Source of the DNA: an uncultured Kiloniellaceae bacterium
GTDB taxonomy: Bacteria > Pseudomonadota > Alphaproteobacteria > Kiloniellales > Kiloniellaceae
Direction of reading: 5' to 3'
Assembly (NCBI GenBank): GCA_964503295.1
Contig: CAZDBC010000001.1
Coordinates: 5,872 to 46,003, forward strand
DNA length: 40,132 nucleotides
Made by a program: the position numbers and the translations under genes. The notes under the pieces were generated by a model. The model was not told the DNA's origin and did no database searches. It saw nothing but the letters and a program-made list of their open reading frames with translations. How positions within the stretch are numbered: position 1 is the first letter of the stretch; every line of letters starts with the position of its first letter. Shown in pieces: positions 8,129 through 17,026 of the stretch.

Positions 8129-11100
8129 GTCCCCAATACTCCATGCGTCTTCAAGTCGAATATGAGCTGTGCGACCTTCGCCGCGAGCTCGAATAGCGTA
8201 ATGGATTCAGCCACCACCGGACCGCGCATGTGCGTGCCGGTCGATGTGCCCCAGCCGGTAATTCTTGGACCCATCACCTGGCTGCCGTCGATGACCAATG
8301 CGCCGCCCCAGGAGTTGCCCTGCAGCCTCGCGTATTTTGAGCCGTATTGCGCTTGGACCACATTGCGGAAGAGGAAGCTGTACTGATCCTCCGCGGCGTT
8401 GGCCGACATAACGCTGCCCGGGGTCATCACAGTGCGGCCGTACGCGTTTGAGACCTTGATGCCCGCGTACTCGCCGATGATCCCGTCATACAAGTTGCGC
8501 ACCTCGGTCAGTGCGCCATTCAAGTCCAGCCGCAGACTGTGCCCGTCGAACAGGCCAGCAATCACGGCAGCCGCGTACACCTTCGTGACGTCGAGCTCAT
8601 CCACCGCCTTCGTCCACACATTCGACTTGTTGCGATACAGCTTTCCATCCGCGGTATTGACGATCGCTTGGCCCACCGGATATTCGTCGTTCGGTATCAC
8701 CGGCAACGAAGAAACAATCTTAATAGGCCGGACGTCCACCCCGAACTTCGCCATCTCACTCAGAAGACCATCCGCGACCTCGGCGGTCGCTTGCACCATG
8801 CGTTGCAGGCGTACGCTGTCCAAGTACCAAGCGCCGGTGCTGAAGTTGTCGGTTATTGCGAGGATGTGCAAGTAGGCCTTCCCCGCAGGCACGGTGAACG
8901 CCAATGAAATTTTAGTCCAGTCTGTCGTCGGAGAGATCGTCGACGAAACAGCAGCGCCCGACGCCGCCCCGCTCTGATCGAGATAGTTGATTTGCAGCTT
9001 GATAGTGCCGTCCGCCGCGCCGCCAGCTTTGCAGTAAAGCTCCGAATAAAACCGATCGCCAGGGCGAATCGGCACTCTCCGTTCGTTGGACGCCCCCTCC
9101 CAGGAATTCGGACCCGGGTCGATGCGTAGAACACCAGCAGTGCCGTAACCGCCGGTTGCCTGGTGCGCGATTGCGCCACCATTCAGAGGCGCCCAACCCC
9201 ACACACTCCGCGTGAAGTTGGCGTTCCACGCCATATTGGAGAGGTCCTCGGTCTCCAACTCCATCTCCCCTGTCGCCGCGTCCTTGCGCAGCCCGTACCC
9301 AAGCGTGTCGGGATCGAGGCGGGTCGCTTTGAGCGTTGCCCCCTGATCCGCAGTCACGATGTCGTAGTAGGCCGCGCCGCCCCACGCGGTCGACTGCAGA
9401 GTGTCCTCGCCTTTCCGGTTGCGCGCGTACAAGCGCAGCCGGTAGCGGAATCCGGCGTACCCGGGCGCGGCCACGGGCCCCCACGGCCCAACGTGGAGGC
9501 TCATCGATTCGCCAGGACCGCTCAATTCGTGCACCACGCGCTCAAAACTCAAAGGATTCGTTCCACCGCCGCCAGGCAAAGGCACTTGGTTGCCCGACAG
9601 GTCGAGCAATTGCACCGTTAACACAGCGTGGTAGAAATTCGTGTCGTCGCTTGGGTTCGTCCATACGATGTCGGCGGCAAAGGTCTGATTTCCCATCGCG
9701 TCCAGCTCGTGCAGATAGACCGGCGCGCTAGCACTGGCAGCGGTGATGCCGTCAGCCGCCGGCGGCGCTTGCGGTTGCACTACGATGCTGCCGGTGTTGA
9801 TGTTCCCCGGCGCGATCCACCGCCGGTGGCCGTCCCATTTGGTGTGAGGAGCCAGGACGAAATCCCACGTCTCGGCGGCACTTTCCGGCTTGTCAAACCA
9901 CAAGTCGAACGAGTACGAGCCACCGTCGGCGCCGTTTGGGGCGTCGATGTTCGCCTCGGAAATCCAGTCGCCTCCGTCCACCCGCCGCCAGATGGACATG
10001 GCCACGAATGATTTCTCCGGCGGCGCTGTCCAGTTGAACGTGAGCCAGGCCTGCGGCACATCGTGCAGCACTGCGGACTGTTGCAGGATCGAGTCCAGCG
10101 CGGGCCATCCGATCTGGCCATCGGTCACGATGTCGTAGGCGGAGTTGCCGCCCCATGCCGTCGTTTGCAGCGTCCGCACGCCGAAGCGGTTCACGGCAAA
10201 GAGACGCAGCCGGAAGCGGTCGTATGTCTCCAGCCCGACTGGACCCCAGGGGCCTTCGATACGTTGCACCGCCTGACCAGGGCCGCTCGCCTCGTATACG
10301 TCGCGTTCGTCGCCGAGCAGAGTGGTGGGCTCGCCGTTACCCAGGGCGTCCACGAGCTGGACCGTGAGCACCGAGTAGTAGAAGTTCGCGTCGTTGCTCG
10401 GGTTCGTCCACGAAACAGCGAATTTGAACGTGGGGTGGCCGTACTCATCCACCTCGGTCAAATAGGTGACGCTGTCCACAGTGGCGTCGGTGATGCTGTC
10501 CGCCGGCGGCCCCGGAGCCTCTACGAGCACCGACCCCTTGTTGCGGTTGTCAGGGGCGATCAGTAATTTATGTCCATCCCAGCGCGTATGAGGACTTAGG
10601 ACGATGTCCCATGTCTCGTTCACGTCCGGCTTGCGCCACCAGCGCTCGACCTGGCCGGCCTGGCCGTCCGCCTCGCCGGGGTGGTCGTTGAAGGCCTCGT
10701 CCGTCCAATCCCCTGCCGGTCGCCGCCAGAAGACAGTGAATCCCACGAAGCTACCACTTGCCGGCGCGGTGTACGGGATCGTCAGGCGTACGTGCGGGAC
10801 GTCATCGATCAGCACGCCTTCTTCCAGAAGGGTGCCGATGGTCGGATACCCGACGCCCTCGACGGCGGTGATGGCCAGTACCACCTTGGTGGCTGTGTTC
10901 GATGGATCCGGTGTGTTTGCCGCGCCGTCCTGCCCAACCGCCGCGCCGATCAGCGCCCAGGTTTCCGCTGTCTCCGGCCGCGGAATCCACAGAATCGCGT
11001 AGTACACGTCGCCGGTTGGCGCGCCGTCTGCCGGCGCGAACGATCCTTGGTACTCGAGCTTTTCGCCATCGTCGCCGCGATCAAGATAGATATTCGCGAA

Positions 11101-11415
11101 TGCGAAGTTGCTGTCAGCGGGGGGATCCACGGTGAGGCAAATGCCTACCGTCTCAATTCCCGCGTGGTCAATTGTGTACCGAGGGTTCACAATGCCACCG
11201 GGGGAGCCTTCGCCGAAGTTGGCCCGCTCGGACGCCGGAATATCCGCGACGTCAGTGAGTGCAAGTCCCTCGATCTCGGTGACGCTGCCCGTCCCCGCGC
11301 TCGAGATCACCTGCTCTTTCCCGAGTGCCTCAAAAAACAGCACCCAGGCCCTGGAAATGTTGCCGAACTCGTCGAACATCGGCGTACGGATCGGCACTGT
11401 CGGCGTGACGGCCAT
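8125..11415 (-). CDS. Tail fibre / host-recognition protein with duplicated modules and CBM-like domain
   Basis: 1096 aa, directly after the hub gene. The N-terminus 'FDEFGNISRAWVLFFEALG' looks like a virion-attachment region. Two diverged ~235-aa modules follow. Residues ~725-872 ('WNANFTRSVWGWAPL...GAWYLDSVRLQ') look like a carbohydrate-binding jelly roll. Confidence 0.7.
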   Translation of the reverse strand: MAVTPTVPIRTPMFDEFGNISRAWVLFFEALGKEQVISSAGTGSVTEIEGLALTDVADIPASERANFGEGSPGGIVNPRYTIDHAGIETVGICLTVDPPADSNFAFANIYLDRGDDGEKLEYQGSFAPADGAPTGDVYYAILWIPRPETAETWALIGAAVGQDGAANTPDPSNTATKVVLAITAVEGVGYPTIGTLLEEGVLIDDVPHVRLTIPYTAPASGSFVGFTVFWRRPAGDWTDEAFNDHPGEADGQAGQVERWWRKPDVNETWDIVLSPHTRWDGHKLLIAPDNRNKGSVLVEAPGPPADSITDATVDSVTYLTEVDEYGHPTFKFAVSWTNPSNDANFYYSVLTVQLVDALGNGEPTTLLGDERDVYEASGPGQAVQRIEGPWGPVGLETYDRFRLRLFAVNRFGVRTLQTTAWGGNSAYDIVTDGQIGWPALDSILQQSAVLHDVPQAWLTFNWTAPPEKSFVAMSIWRRVDGGDWISEANIDAPNGADGGSYSFDLWFDKPESAAETWDFVLAPHTKWDGHRRWIAPGNINTGSIVVQPQAPPAADGITAASASAPVYLHELDAMGNQTFAADIVWTNPSDDTNFYHAVLTVQLLDLSGNQVPLPGGGGTNPLSFERVVHELSGPGESMSLHVGPWGPVAAPGYAGFRYRLRLYARNRKGEDTLQSTAWGGAAYYDIVTADQGATLKATRLDPDTLGYGLRKDAATGEMELETEDLSNMAWNANFTRSVWGWAPLNGGAIAHQATGGYGTAGVLRIDPGPNSWEGASNERRVPIRPGDRFYSELYCKAGGAADGTIKLQINYLDQSGAASGAAVSSTISPTTDWTKISLAFTVPAGKAYLHILAITDNFSTGAWYLDSVRLQRMVQATAEVADGLLSEMAKFGVDVRPIKIVSSLPVIPNDEYPVGQAIVNTADGKLYRNKSNVWTKAVDELDVTKVYAAAVIAGLFDGHSLRLDLNGALTEVRNLYDGIIGEYAGIKVSNAYGRTVMTPGSVMSANAAEDQYSFLFRNVVQAQYGSKYARLQGNSWGGALVIDGSQVMGPRITGWGTSTGTHMRGPVVAESITLFELAAKVAQLIFDLKTHGVLGT
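9346..10815 (-). repeat. In-gene tandem duplication of a ~235-aa module (fibre aa ~201-433 and ~449-690)
   Basis: Shared strings occur in the same order in both copies: 'ETWD(I/F)VL(S/A)PHT(R/K)WDGH', 'WTNPS(N/D)D(A/T)NFY', 'LTVQL(V/L)D', 'GPWGPV', 'TAWGG', 'YDIVT'. Confidence 0.7.
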
Positions 11416-12815
11416 CAGTTAGTACCCCCCGTCAGGCGCAAATAGGCGTCGATCCATGCGTGCCGCATCGCAGCCGAACTGGTAACGCGGAACACGCGGT
11501 CGCGTGACGCCCCCAGTCGGCGCCAGAGGATGCGCGTTTTGTACTGACCAGCCGCCCCCCCCGTTTTTACAATCGGTGATGCGATCCACGTGTGCCCGCC
11601 GTCATTTGACCAATCGAGGCTGAAGGAAGGGCTGCTGATCTCGCCTACTTCGACGTTGAGTTGCAGACGGTGGTAGGCGATACGATGCTCTTCGTCTGAT
11701 ATGTGCGGGCAGGTGCGCGTCCGCACGATCGCCGCTCCAGCGTCCGTGTAGATGTCTGTGTCCATCTCATAGATCACGCCTGTGGAGTAGTCACCAACCA
11801 GGTGCTTGTCGAACACGTAAGCGTGATGGTTTGCTCGATGCCGGTTGGCGCCGTAGGCGCGCTCATGCCAGAGATTGGTGGTCACGTCGTAGACCCAGGT
11901 TGCATTGCCGGCAGCGAAATTCAGGACCCAGAATGTGTGGCCGTGCTGCTGGTAGGTGTAGCCCACGGCGTCAGACACGGTAGAGTACTTCTCCCATTCC
12001 TGCTCGACCGCGTGGGTCGACACGCGCCGCGGCTGGAACCCCTGAGCCATCCAGGCCACCGGCCCGCCTCTTGCGTCGCCTCCGATCCACCCGGGTCCAC
12101 CTGGCAGCCGCACCGCTGACCAGCGGGCCATAATGCCCTGGTGGATAAACCCGCCCGGGTCGCGGCGGAGCGGGAAATCTACTCCGCCTTCGTTGCGCCA
12201 CACCTCGGTTGTTTTCCTGCCGAACAGCCATAGCTCCTGGTGATCGGCGAGGATCATGTCAATGTGATCCGCGTACGCCTCCGCCGTGGCAACGTCGGTC
12301 GGGTCCCACGGCGAGGCTCCGTCGTTTAGACCCGAGACAAAGATCTGCCCGGAGTCGGGCTTCGCGACGACGAAGTAGCCGTCCAGCAGCGCACCGCATG
12401 AGGCTAGCACGTCCCCGCCGCCGTCGAACGTGCACTGCACCGGACCGGCGCCATTGTCCACGTACGCGCGGCCGCCGCTCACAACTAGAAGCTGCGTACC
12501 GTTCGGGAAGATCTGCGCGGGCTCACTGTCGACGGCGATCGCGCCCGTCTGCGCGGCATACGTGCCGCCGCTGAAGACTTCGTAGAGTGTATCCCCCGCC
12601 ACGGCAAAGAGCCGATCGTCACCGGCCCACAGGCAGCGCACTGGCGACTTCGGCAGCGTGCAGAACGTTGCGAGCCCCGGCGTGCCGTAGAGCACCGCCT
12701 TGTTTTTGCCCGACCCGCTCTCGACGACCTCCGGATACAGATTGATCGTGCGTTGCGCGTCGACGTTGACGCTGCGGGATTCGTAGCTCGGTCCGATGAA
12801 ACCCGGGAACCTCAC
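11415..12815 (-). CDS. Tail hub / packaged-DNA stabilisation protein (P22 gp10-like)
   Basis: 466 aa. The N-terminus is 'FIGPSYESRSVNVDAQRTINLYPE', the body has a beta-rich repetitive character, and the C-terminus is 'RILWRRLGASRDRVFRV'. These fit my recollection of the Phage_stabilise family. It also sits in the P22 gp10 position, after the gp4-like genes. Confidence 0.55.
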   Translation of the reverse strand: MRFPGFIGPSYESRSVNVDAQRTINLYPEVVESGSGKNKAVLYGTPGLATFCTLPKSPVRCLWAGDDRLFAVAGDTLYEVFSGGTYAAQTGAIAVDSEPAQIFPNGTQLLVVSGGRAYVDNGAGPVQCTFDGGGDVLASCGALLDGYFVVAKPDSGQIFVSGLNDGASPWDPTDVATAEAYADHIDMILADHQELWLFGRKTTEVWRNEGGVDFPLRRDPGGFIHQGIMARWSAVRLPGGPGWIGGDARGGPVAWMAQGFQPRRVSTHAVEQEWEKYSTVSDAVGYTYQQHGHTFWVLNFAAGNATWVYDVTTNLWHERAYGANRHRANHHAYVFDKHLVGDYSTGVIYEMDTDIYTDAGAAIVRTRTCPHISDEEHRIAYHRLQLNVEVGEISSPSFSLDWSNDGGHTWIASPIVKTGGAAGQYKTRILWRRLGASRDRVFRVTSSAAMRHAWIDAYLRLTGGTN

Positions 12816-13541
12816 CTACTCTCCCTTCCTCCAGTCGAACGGCGATCCAGATAACCTGGGCACGCCCATGATCGGATCCGGTGTCAGTTCTGGTGTCAGC
12901 TTGTTCAGGCGCTTGATGTTGGCGAGGGCCTCGCGCGCAAGCTGCAGCACCAGCGAGGCCTGCGCCGGGTGAGACTGGCTTAACGCGCGCGGGAATGCCG
13001 TCTTGAGACGCACCGCCAGGTTGTACTTGACCGCTTCTTCGTAGCCGTCCGGCCACTCGATGGTGGCGTCGAGACTCGCAAACCGGCTTAGCGCCTGCCA
13101 CGTGAACAGCTCGAGCTTGTTCCCTGCCGTCGGCGCGGGCCACAGACGCAGGGTGGTGAGCGGATAGGTCCTCTGCTCGTACAAGTGCGTCGGTAACGTG
13201 CTCGTGAGGTCCGGCAGTGAGATGGCGCTCCATTTCTGATCACTAATGAGCTCGAGCGGATAGCGCTGGTCGCCTACAACGAGGTTCGCCCGCTCGATTC
13301 GGTTCGGCCGGGCGGTATCGAAGTCCCCGCCGGAGCCGATCGTGTAGGTCGCTGTGCCGGGCGTCAGTGTGTACTCGGCCGACGTAATCACATAGACCGC
13401 GAGCCGTTGTGTGCTCCACTGGCCGAGCATGGCATTCACCGCCTCGAGCGCGACTGTGAGTTGGGACGAATTCGCCCCACGGCCCGGTCCAAGCGCTCCC
13501 GAGAGGTTCAGCGCGGAGTTAAGAAACTCCTGGACTGTCAT
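12816..13541 (-). CDS. Head-to-tail adaptor-like protein, paralogue 2 (P22 gp4-like N-terminus)
   Basis: 241 aa. 'MTVQEFLNSALNLSGALGPGRGANSSQLTVALEAVNAMLGQWSTQRL' has the same layout as the upstream paralogue and the P22 gp4 N-terminus. Confidence 0.55.
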   Translation of the reverse strand: MTVQEFLNSALNLSGALGPGRGANSSQLTVALEAVNAMLGQWSTQRLAVYVITSAEYTLTPGTATYTIGSGGDFDTARPNRIERANLVVGDQRYPLELISDQKWSAISLPDLTSTLPTHLYEQRTYPLTTLRLWPAPTAGNKLELFTWQALSRFASLDATIEWPDGYEEAVKYNLAVRLKTAFPRALSQSHPAQASLVLQLAREALANIKRLNKLTPELTPDPIMGVPRLSGSPFDWRKGE

Positions 13542-14215
13542 TCAGCGCCTCCGGGTGGCGCCGGCGGCTGTTCGACCGAGCGGGGCAGTCCCACCGCGGT
13601 CACGTTCAGTTGCGCGATCGCCTCGCGCGCTTGTTTCGCCGGCCCGGCGACGACGCCCGGATCCCGGCCATATTGCGGGCTGAGGTCCAGTGCTAAAGCC
13701 CACTCCAGCGCTCGGGCGTGGCCGGCCGGCAAGGTAACGTCGGTTGCAAGGGTCGCAAACTGCGTAAGTTCCTTGTAGCTATGCAGCTCGAGCGTTCCGG
13801 ACCCCGGAATCGGCGAGAGATAGATTGTTCCGCTCGCCGCGCCACCGACGTAGTAAAGCACTTCCGCAAAGACACCGGTTCGGGAGCGGTCGCGAATCTG
13901 TGCCCAGCGCTCAGCCGACACGATCTCGGCTTCCGCGCTCGCGCCGCCGGCGGTCTTCACAAGCGCAGCTTTGACCGACAGCGGCCGGGCGGAGTTGAAC
14001 GTCTGCCCGGCGCCGATTGCATAGCTTTCAGACCCGGTGAGCGAGAACGAATCCACCGTCAAATACGGGATCGCAAGCTGTTCAGCGCTCCAGCTATCAA
14101 TCAAGTTGTTGAGCACGCGGAGAGCGTCGTCGGACTCTTCGCTAGTCGGAGTCTCGCCGGCCGCGATCTCGCCCAGATTGAGCAGCGCGGCGTTGATGAT
14201 CTGCTGTGCCGTCAT
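13538..14215 (-). CDS. Head-to-tail adaptor-like protein, paralogue 1 (P22 gp4-like N-terminus)
   Basis: 225 aa. 'MTAQQIINAALLNLGEIAAGETPTSEESDDALRVLNNLIDSWSAEQL' matches the gp4-type pattern (helix, 'LG', acidic stretch, 'W' helix). It is the first tail-proximal gene after the coat gene. Confidence 0.55.
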   Translation of the reverse strand: MTAQQIINAALLNLGEIAAGETPTSEESDDALRVLNNLIDSWSAEQLAIPYLTVDSFSLTGSESYAIGAGQTFNSARPLSVKAALVKTAGGASAEAEIVSAERWAQIRDRSRTGVFAEVLYYVGGAASGTIYLSPIPGSGTLELHSYKELTQFATLATDVTLPAGHARALEWALALDLSPQYGRDPGVVAGPAKQAREAIAQLNVTAVGLPRSVEQPPAPPGGAE

Positions 14216-14535
14216 CTCCGCTTCCTGGATTTCCGCGACGGCCGCGGCGTCGTGCGGCGGGCGGCCAGCGTCGTGGCCGCCGGCGATTCGGAGTCGCCAT
14301 CATCAGCAGTTTCTTCGTCATCATCCTGGATGTCCGGCTCGGCCGAAGCAGTTTCTTCGTCATCCTGGATGTCCGGCTCGGCCGAAGCAGTTTCTTCGTC
14401 ATTCTGGATGTCCGGCTCGGCCGGCCTGTTGCGCCATTCAAGGCCTAGGGCTGCATTTTCTGTTTCGTCCTCGACGACCACGGCGCGGCCGTCGGGATGG
14501 TACTTCCATCTGGGGTAAGGTTTGTATTCGTACAT
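14212..14535 (-). CDS. Small acidic repeat protein (107 aa)
   Basis: A GGAGG RBS precedes ATG 14535. The N-terminus is 'MYEYKPYPRWKYHPDG', followed by three copies of 'AEPDIQ(N/D)DEETAS' and a basic tail 'PRPSRKSRKRR'. An ATGA overlap joins it to the next gene. Confidence 0.6.
   Translation of the reverse strand: MYEYKPYPRWKYHPDGRAVVVEDETENAALGLEWRNRPAEPDIQNDEETASAEPDIQDDEETASAEPDIQDDDEETADDGDSESPAATTLAARRTTPRPSRKSRKRR
14306..14422 (-). repeat. Three tandem 39-bp (13-codon) coding repeats; first copy 42 bp
   Basis: Unit 'gcagtttcttcgtcatcctggatgtccggctcggccgaa' occurs at 14306-14347 (with an extra atc), 14348-14386 and 14387-~14422. All copies stay in frame. Confidence 0.85.
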
Positions 14536-14559
14536 GCTTGACCTCCGTCAGCAGGGTTG

Positions 14560-14583
14560 AGCGGGCGGCCGGAGCCGCCCGCT
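14560..14583 (-). terminator. GC-rich stem-loop immediately downstream of the coat gene (partial terminator or mRNA stabiliser)
   Basis: Perfect 10-bp stem 'agcgggcggc'/'gccgcccgct' with a 4-nt loop, 15 nt after the coat stop. There is no clear U-tract on the minus strand. Confidence 0.35.
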
Positions 14584-14597
14584 TGTTAGAGGGCAGG

Positions 14598-15833
14598 CTA
14601 CGCGGCCACCCGGCAAGCAAATTGCGGGATGAGCACGGCCCAGCCGTAGAGGATGTCGCAGCGCGTGATGAACTGATCCTCTGTGATGTCGTAGTCGGAG
14701 ACGATACGGATGCTCATGCCGGTCTCCTTGTCGGTCGATCGGGAGGCCAAGTGCGTGCCCTGCGGCATGTCCATGGGCACCATGGCCAGTCCGAACGCTT
14801 CTCGGTGGTAGGCCAGACCCTGCGGACTGACAGTCCCGGCAAGCGCCCCCTGGTCGGCTGCGGCCTTCGACCAGACGCTGATAAGAGCGCCGTTCCCCGG
14901 CGAGGCCGAACAGGTCTTGTACGGACCGGTGACGATGATTTCGGGTGAGATCGGCACGGTCGCGGTGCCGTCCGCAGCCGAACTCACGTCAGCAGTGACG
15001 GTGAAATTGGCAAGTTTTTGCAGGGTGTCTCCGGATACCGGGTTCACCGCGTAGACGCCGGCGAACTGGATCACGTCACCCTTCTTCAGCCGCGCGGCCG
15101 CGGCCGCGGTCCAGCCATCGGTAGTGACTGAGGAGCCGGTCTGCGACGCGCCGGCGACGGCCGGAGTACCGCCGAGGGGGCCAACCGTGTGCGAGCGGAC
15201 ATTTTGATCCATCATCCAGCTCAATCCAGCAGCCAGTCCCATGCGGCCCTTCACGTACTGCGTCGCGATCTCTTTGCTGTCTTGATACAGACCTTTCAGC
15301 GCGTCGACAATCTCGACTTGCATCCAGGGGTTCAGGCACACGCAGCGATCGTCGACGGGGCAGGCGGAATCGTCCAGCCACGCGCCGGCCTGGAGGTACG
15401 TTTTCAGTGCGGTTGGCGTGGTCCCGGGCGTGCCCACGACGTTGTGGGTTCCCTGGTAAGCCAGCGTCAGTCCATCGACGTCAACTTTGTTGGCAAGCGC
15501 CAGCGCGGCGGATTCCAGATAGCGCTGACCAAACTGATCGATGCTGAGGGTCAGATCGCTCGATCCGAAACTGAAGGCCACGTGCTCCTGTGTGTTGATC
15601 GTGATCGGCACTTTCTTTTCGGTCACATCCTGCAGTGAAATCGAGGCTCCGTTGGTGGAGGTGAATTTCACCGGTACGCGTGCGTTGATCGTGTCGCCGA
15701 TCTTGCCGCCCTTCTGCGCGAACCGGTCATCGTATTCGTGCCTGATAGTGCCCGCGAAGGCCAGGTTGTTTTTAAAGCGCCGCAGCAGCTCGTTGGTGAT
15801 GATCTGCGACGTGAGAAGAGTATTCGTTGCCAT
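14598..15833 (-). CDS. Major capsid (coat) protein, P22-type
   Basis: 411 aa, placed between the scaffold and adaptor genes. Its length, the 'KKGDVIQFAGV' segment and the C-terminal 'ITRCDILYGWAVLIPQFACRV' fit my recollection of P22_CoatProtein family members. Confidence 0.8.
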   Translation of the reverse strand: MATNTLLTSQIITNELLRRFKNNLAFAGTIRHEYDDRFAQKGGKIGDTINARVPVKFTSTNGASISLQDVTEKKVPITINTQEHVAFSFGSSDLTLSIDQFGQRYLESAALALANKVDVDGLTLAYQGTHNVVGTPGTTPTALKTYLQAGAWLDDSACPVDDRCVCLNPWMQVEIVDALKGLYQDSKEIATQYVKGRMGLAAGLSWMMDQNVRSHTVGPLGGTPAVAGASQTGSSVTTDGWTAAAAARLKKGDVIQFAGVYAVNPVSGDTLQKLANFTVTADVSSAADGTATVPISPEIIVTGPYKTCSASPGNGALISVWSKAAADQGALAGTVSPQGLAYHREAFGLAMVPMDMPQGTHLASRSTDKETGMSIRIVSDYDITEDQFITRCDILYGWAVLIPQFACRVAA

Positions 15834-15880
15834 TTAGGTGTCCTCGGGTGCGCGCCCCGCTACCCCGTACCCCCGCCCGC

Positions 15881-16903
15881 TCACCTCCGGCGTAGTTGCC
15901 GGTTGCGCTCGGCCTCCCAGGCGTTAAAATCATCAGCGAGGCTCTCGTCGTAAACCGACGTGCCCCCGCCTCCGGCTTTGCCGGAGAGACGCGTGGGTGG
16001 AGTTGGCGCGCTGGAAATTCGTTTTGTTGGTTTCGGTTGCGAAGACGATTGAGGGGAAGATCCGCCCGACAGAGCGACTTCGAGTTTGCCGAGTTCGCGG
16101 ATCTGCGCCACTGGCGAGAGCTTTGCGATGCGTTCGGCCTCTTCGGGCTTCGATCCGAGGTAATACGCGAGCTCAGCGCCCTGCTCGGAATCCAGCATCG
16201 CCTGCTGCATCGCCTGAGTGACAGGGATGTCCTGATCCACTATCTCGTCAAAGTCATCGTGCGCCTGCCGCGCCGCGTCCATGCGTTGCGACCAGCTCTG
16301 GAACACAGCAGCCTGACGCCGCTCGGCTTCGGCTCGCGCCTCGCCTTCCTGGCGGGCGACTTGTCGCTGTTGATCCTTCCAGTCGAGCAGCGCCTCAGTG
16401 AACTCCTCATAGGTGTCGAAGTCCTCGGGAGAGGGTTTTTTGCCCGTGTCCCCCGATTCCTTTGATCCTTCCTCGCCCTTGCCTTCGTCGCCGGCGGTCC
16501 CGCTCTCAGCCGGCGTTTTGTCGTCTCCGGCCAGGCGGCTCTCCAGCCTGCTAAGGCGCTCTTCGAGCTCACGTTTGTCGCGCGTCAGGTTGTCAATACG
16601 TCGCTGGAATCCACCCTTCCGGCGTTTGCCGTCTGGTTTGTTGGACTCCTTGTCATCGTCGGAACCTTCTTCGTCCGTCTCCGTCTCTTTTTTTCCGGTG
16701 GTGTCCGCTTCCCCCGCGCTTTCAGCCTCTTCCTTGCTCTCGCCTAAAGTGGCCCCGGACTGCTTGTCTGCCTGCGGCGGGTCCTCGCCGCGATCCTTCG
16801 CCGCTTTCCAGACTTCGTAATCATTGAAGTCCTCGGGCGGCGTGTTCGCATCCGGCTGCTCGACCTGCTCAGCCTTCGTATTCTGGTTCTCTTTGTCTGC
16901 CAA
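15881..16903 (-). CDS. Scaffolding protein
   Basis: 340 aa, highly charged, acidic and low in complexity, with coiled-coil stretches ('RRIDNLTRDKRELEERLSRLESRL'). It lies between the portal and coat genes. Confidence 0.65.
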   Translation of the reverse strand: MADKENQNTKAEQVEQPDANTPPEDFNDYEVWKAAKDRGEDPPQADKQSGATLGESKEEAESAGEADTTGKKETETDEEGSDDDKESNKPDGKRRKGGFQRRIDNLTRDKRELEERLSRLESRLAGDDKTPAESGTAGDEGKGEEGSKESGDTGKKPSPEDFDTYEEFTEALLDWKDQQRQVARQEGEARAEAERRQAAVFQSWSQRMDAARQAHDDFDEIVDQDIPVTQAMQQAMLDSEQGAELAYYLGSKPEEAERIAKLSPVAQIRELGKLEVALSGGSSPQSSSQPKPTKRISSAPTPPTRLSGKAGGGGTSVYDESLADDFNAWEAERNRQLRRR

Positions 16904-17026
16904 AGGTTTGTCTCCTTCGAGTTTTCCGGCTGTACTAGGCCCAAGCCGTAGGCCAGAAATACAAACCCCCAGCAGCGCCGGTTTTCCAGCGCGCCAGGGG
17001 GTATCGGTTCAAAAGTCGTGACGTGG

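Noticed and set aside
8125-11415. Fibre gene as a target of a diversity-generating retroelement or a Gin/Cin-type invertible segment
   Set aside because: There is no reverse transcriptase gene and no template-repeat copy of the C-terminal region. I found no inverted duplicate of any fibre segment in the window. The internal repeats are direct and diverged.
14306-14422. Possible CRISPR-like or regulatory direct repeats
   Set aside because: The repeats are contiguous with no spacers, have a 39-bp period (13 codons), and are in frame within an ORF that has a good RBS. They are coding tandem repeats.
14037-14948. 303-aa plus-strand ORF, plus 13718..14518 (266 aa)
   Set aside because: They are antisense to the coat, repeat-protein and adaptor genes. 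Their composition is low-complexity R/S/A/P, and the repeat region merely mirrors the 39-bp coding repeats.
16955-17001. Possible terminator between portal and scaffold genes (CCCCC...GGGGG followed by T-rich sequence on the minus strand)
   Set aside because: The stem is imperfect, with several mismatches. A terminator upstream of the highly expressed scaffold and coat genes is counter-intuitive. I leave it as unverified.
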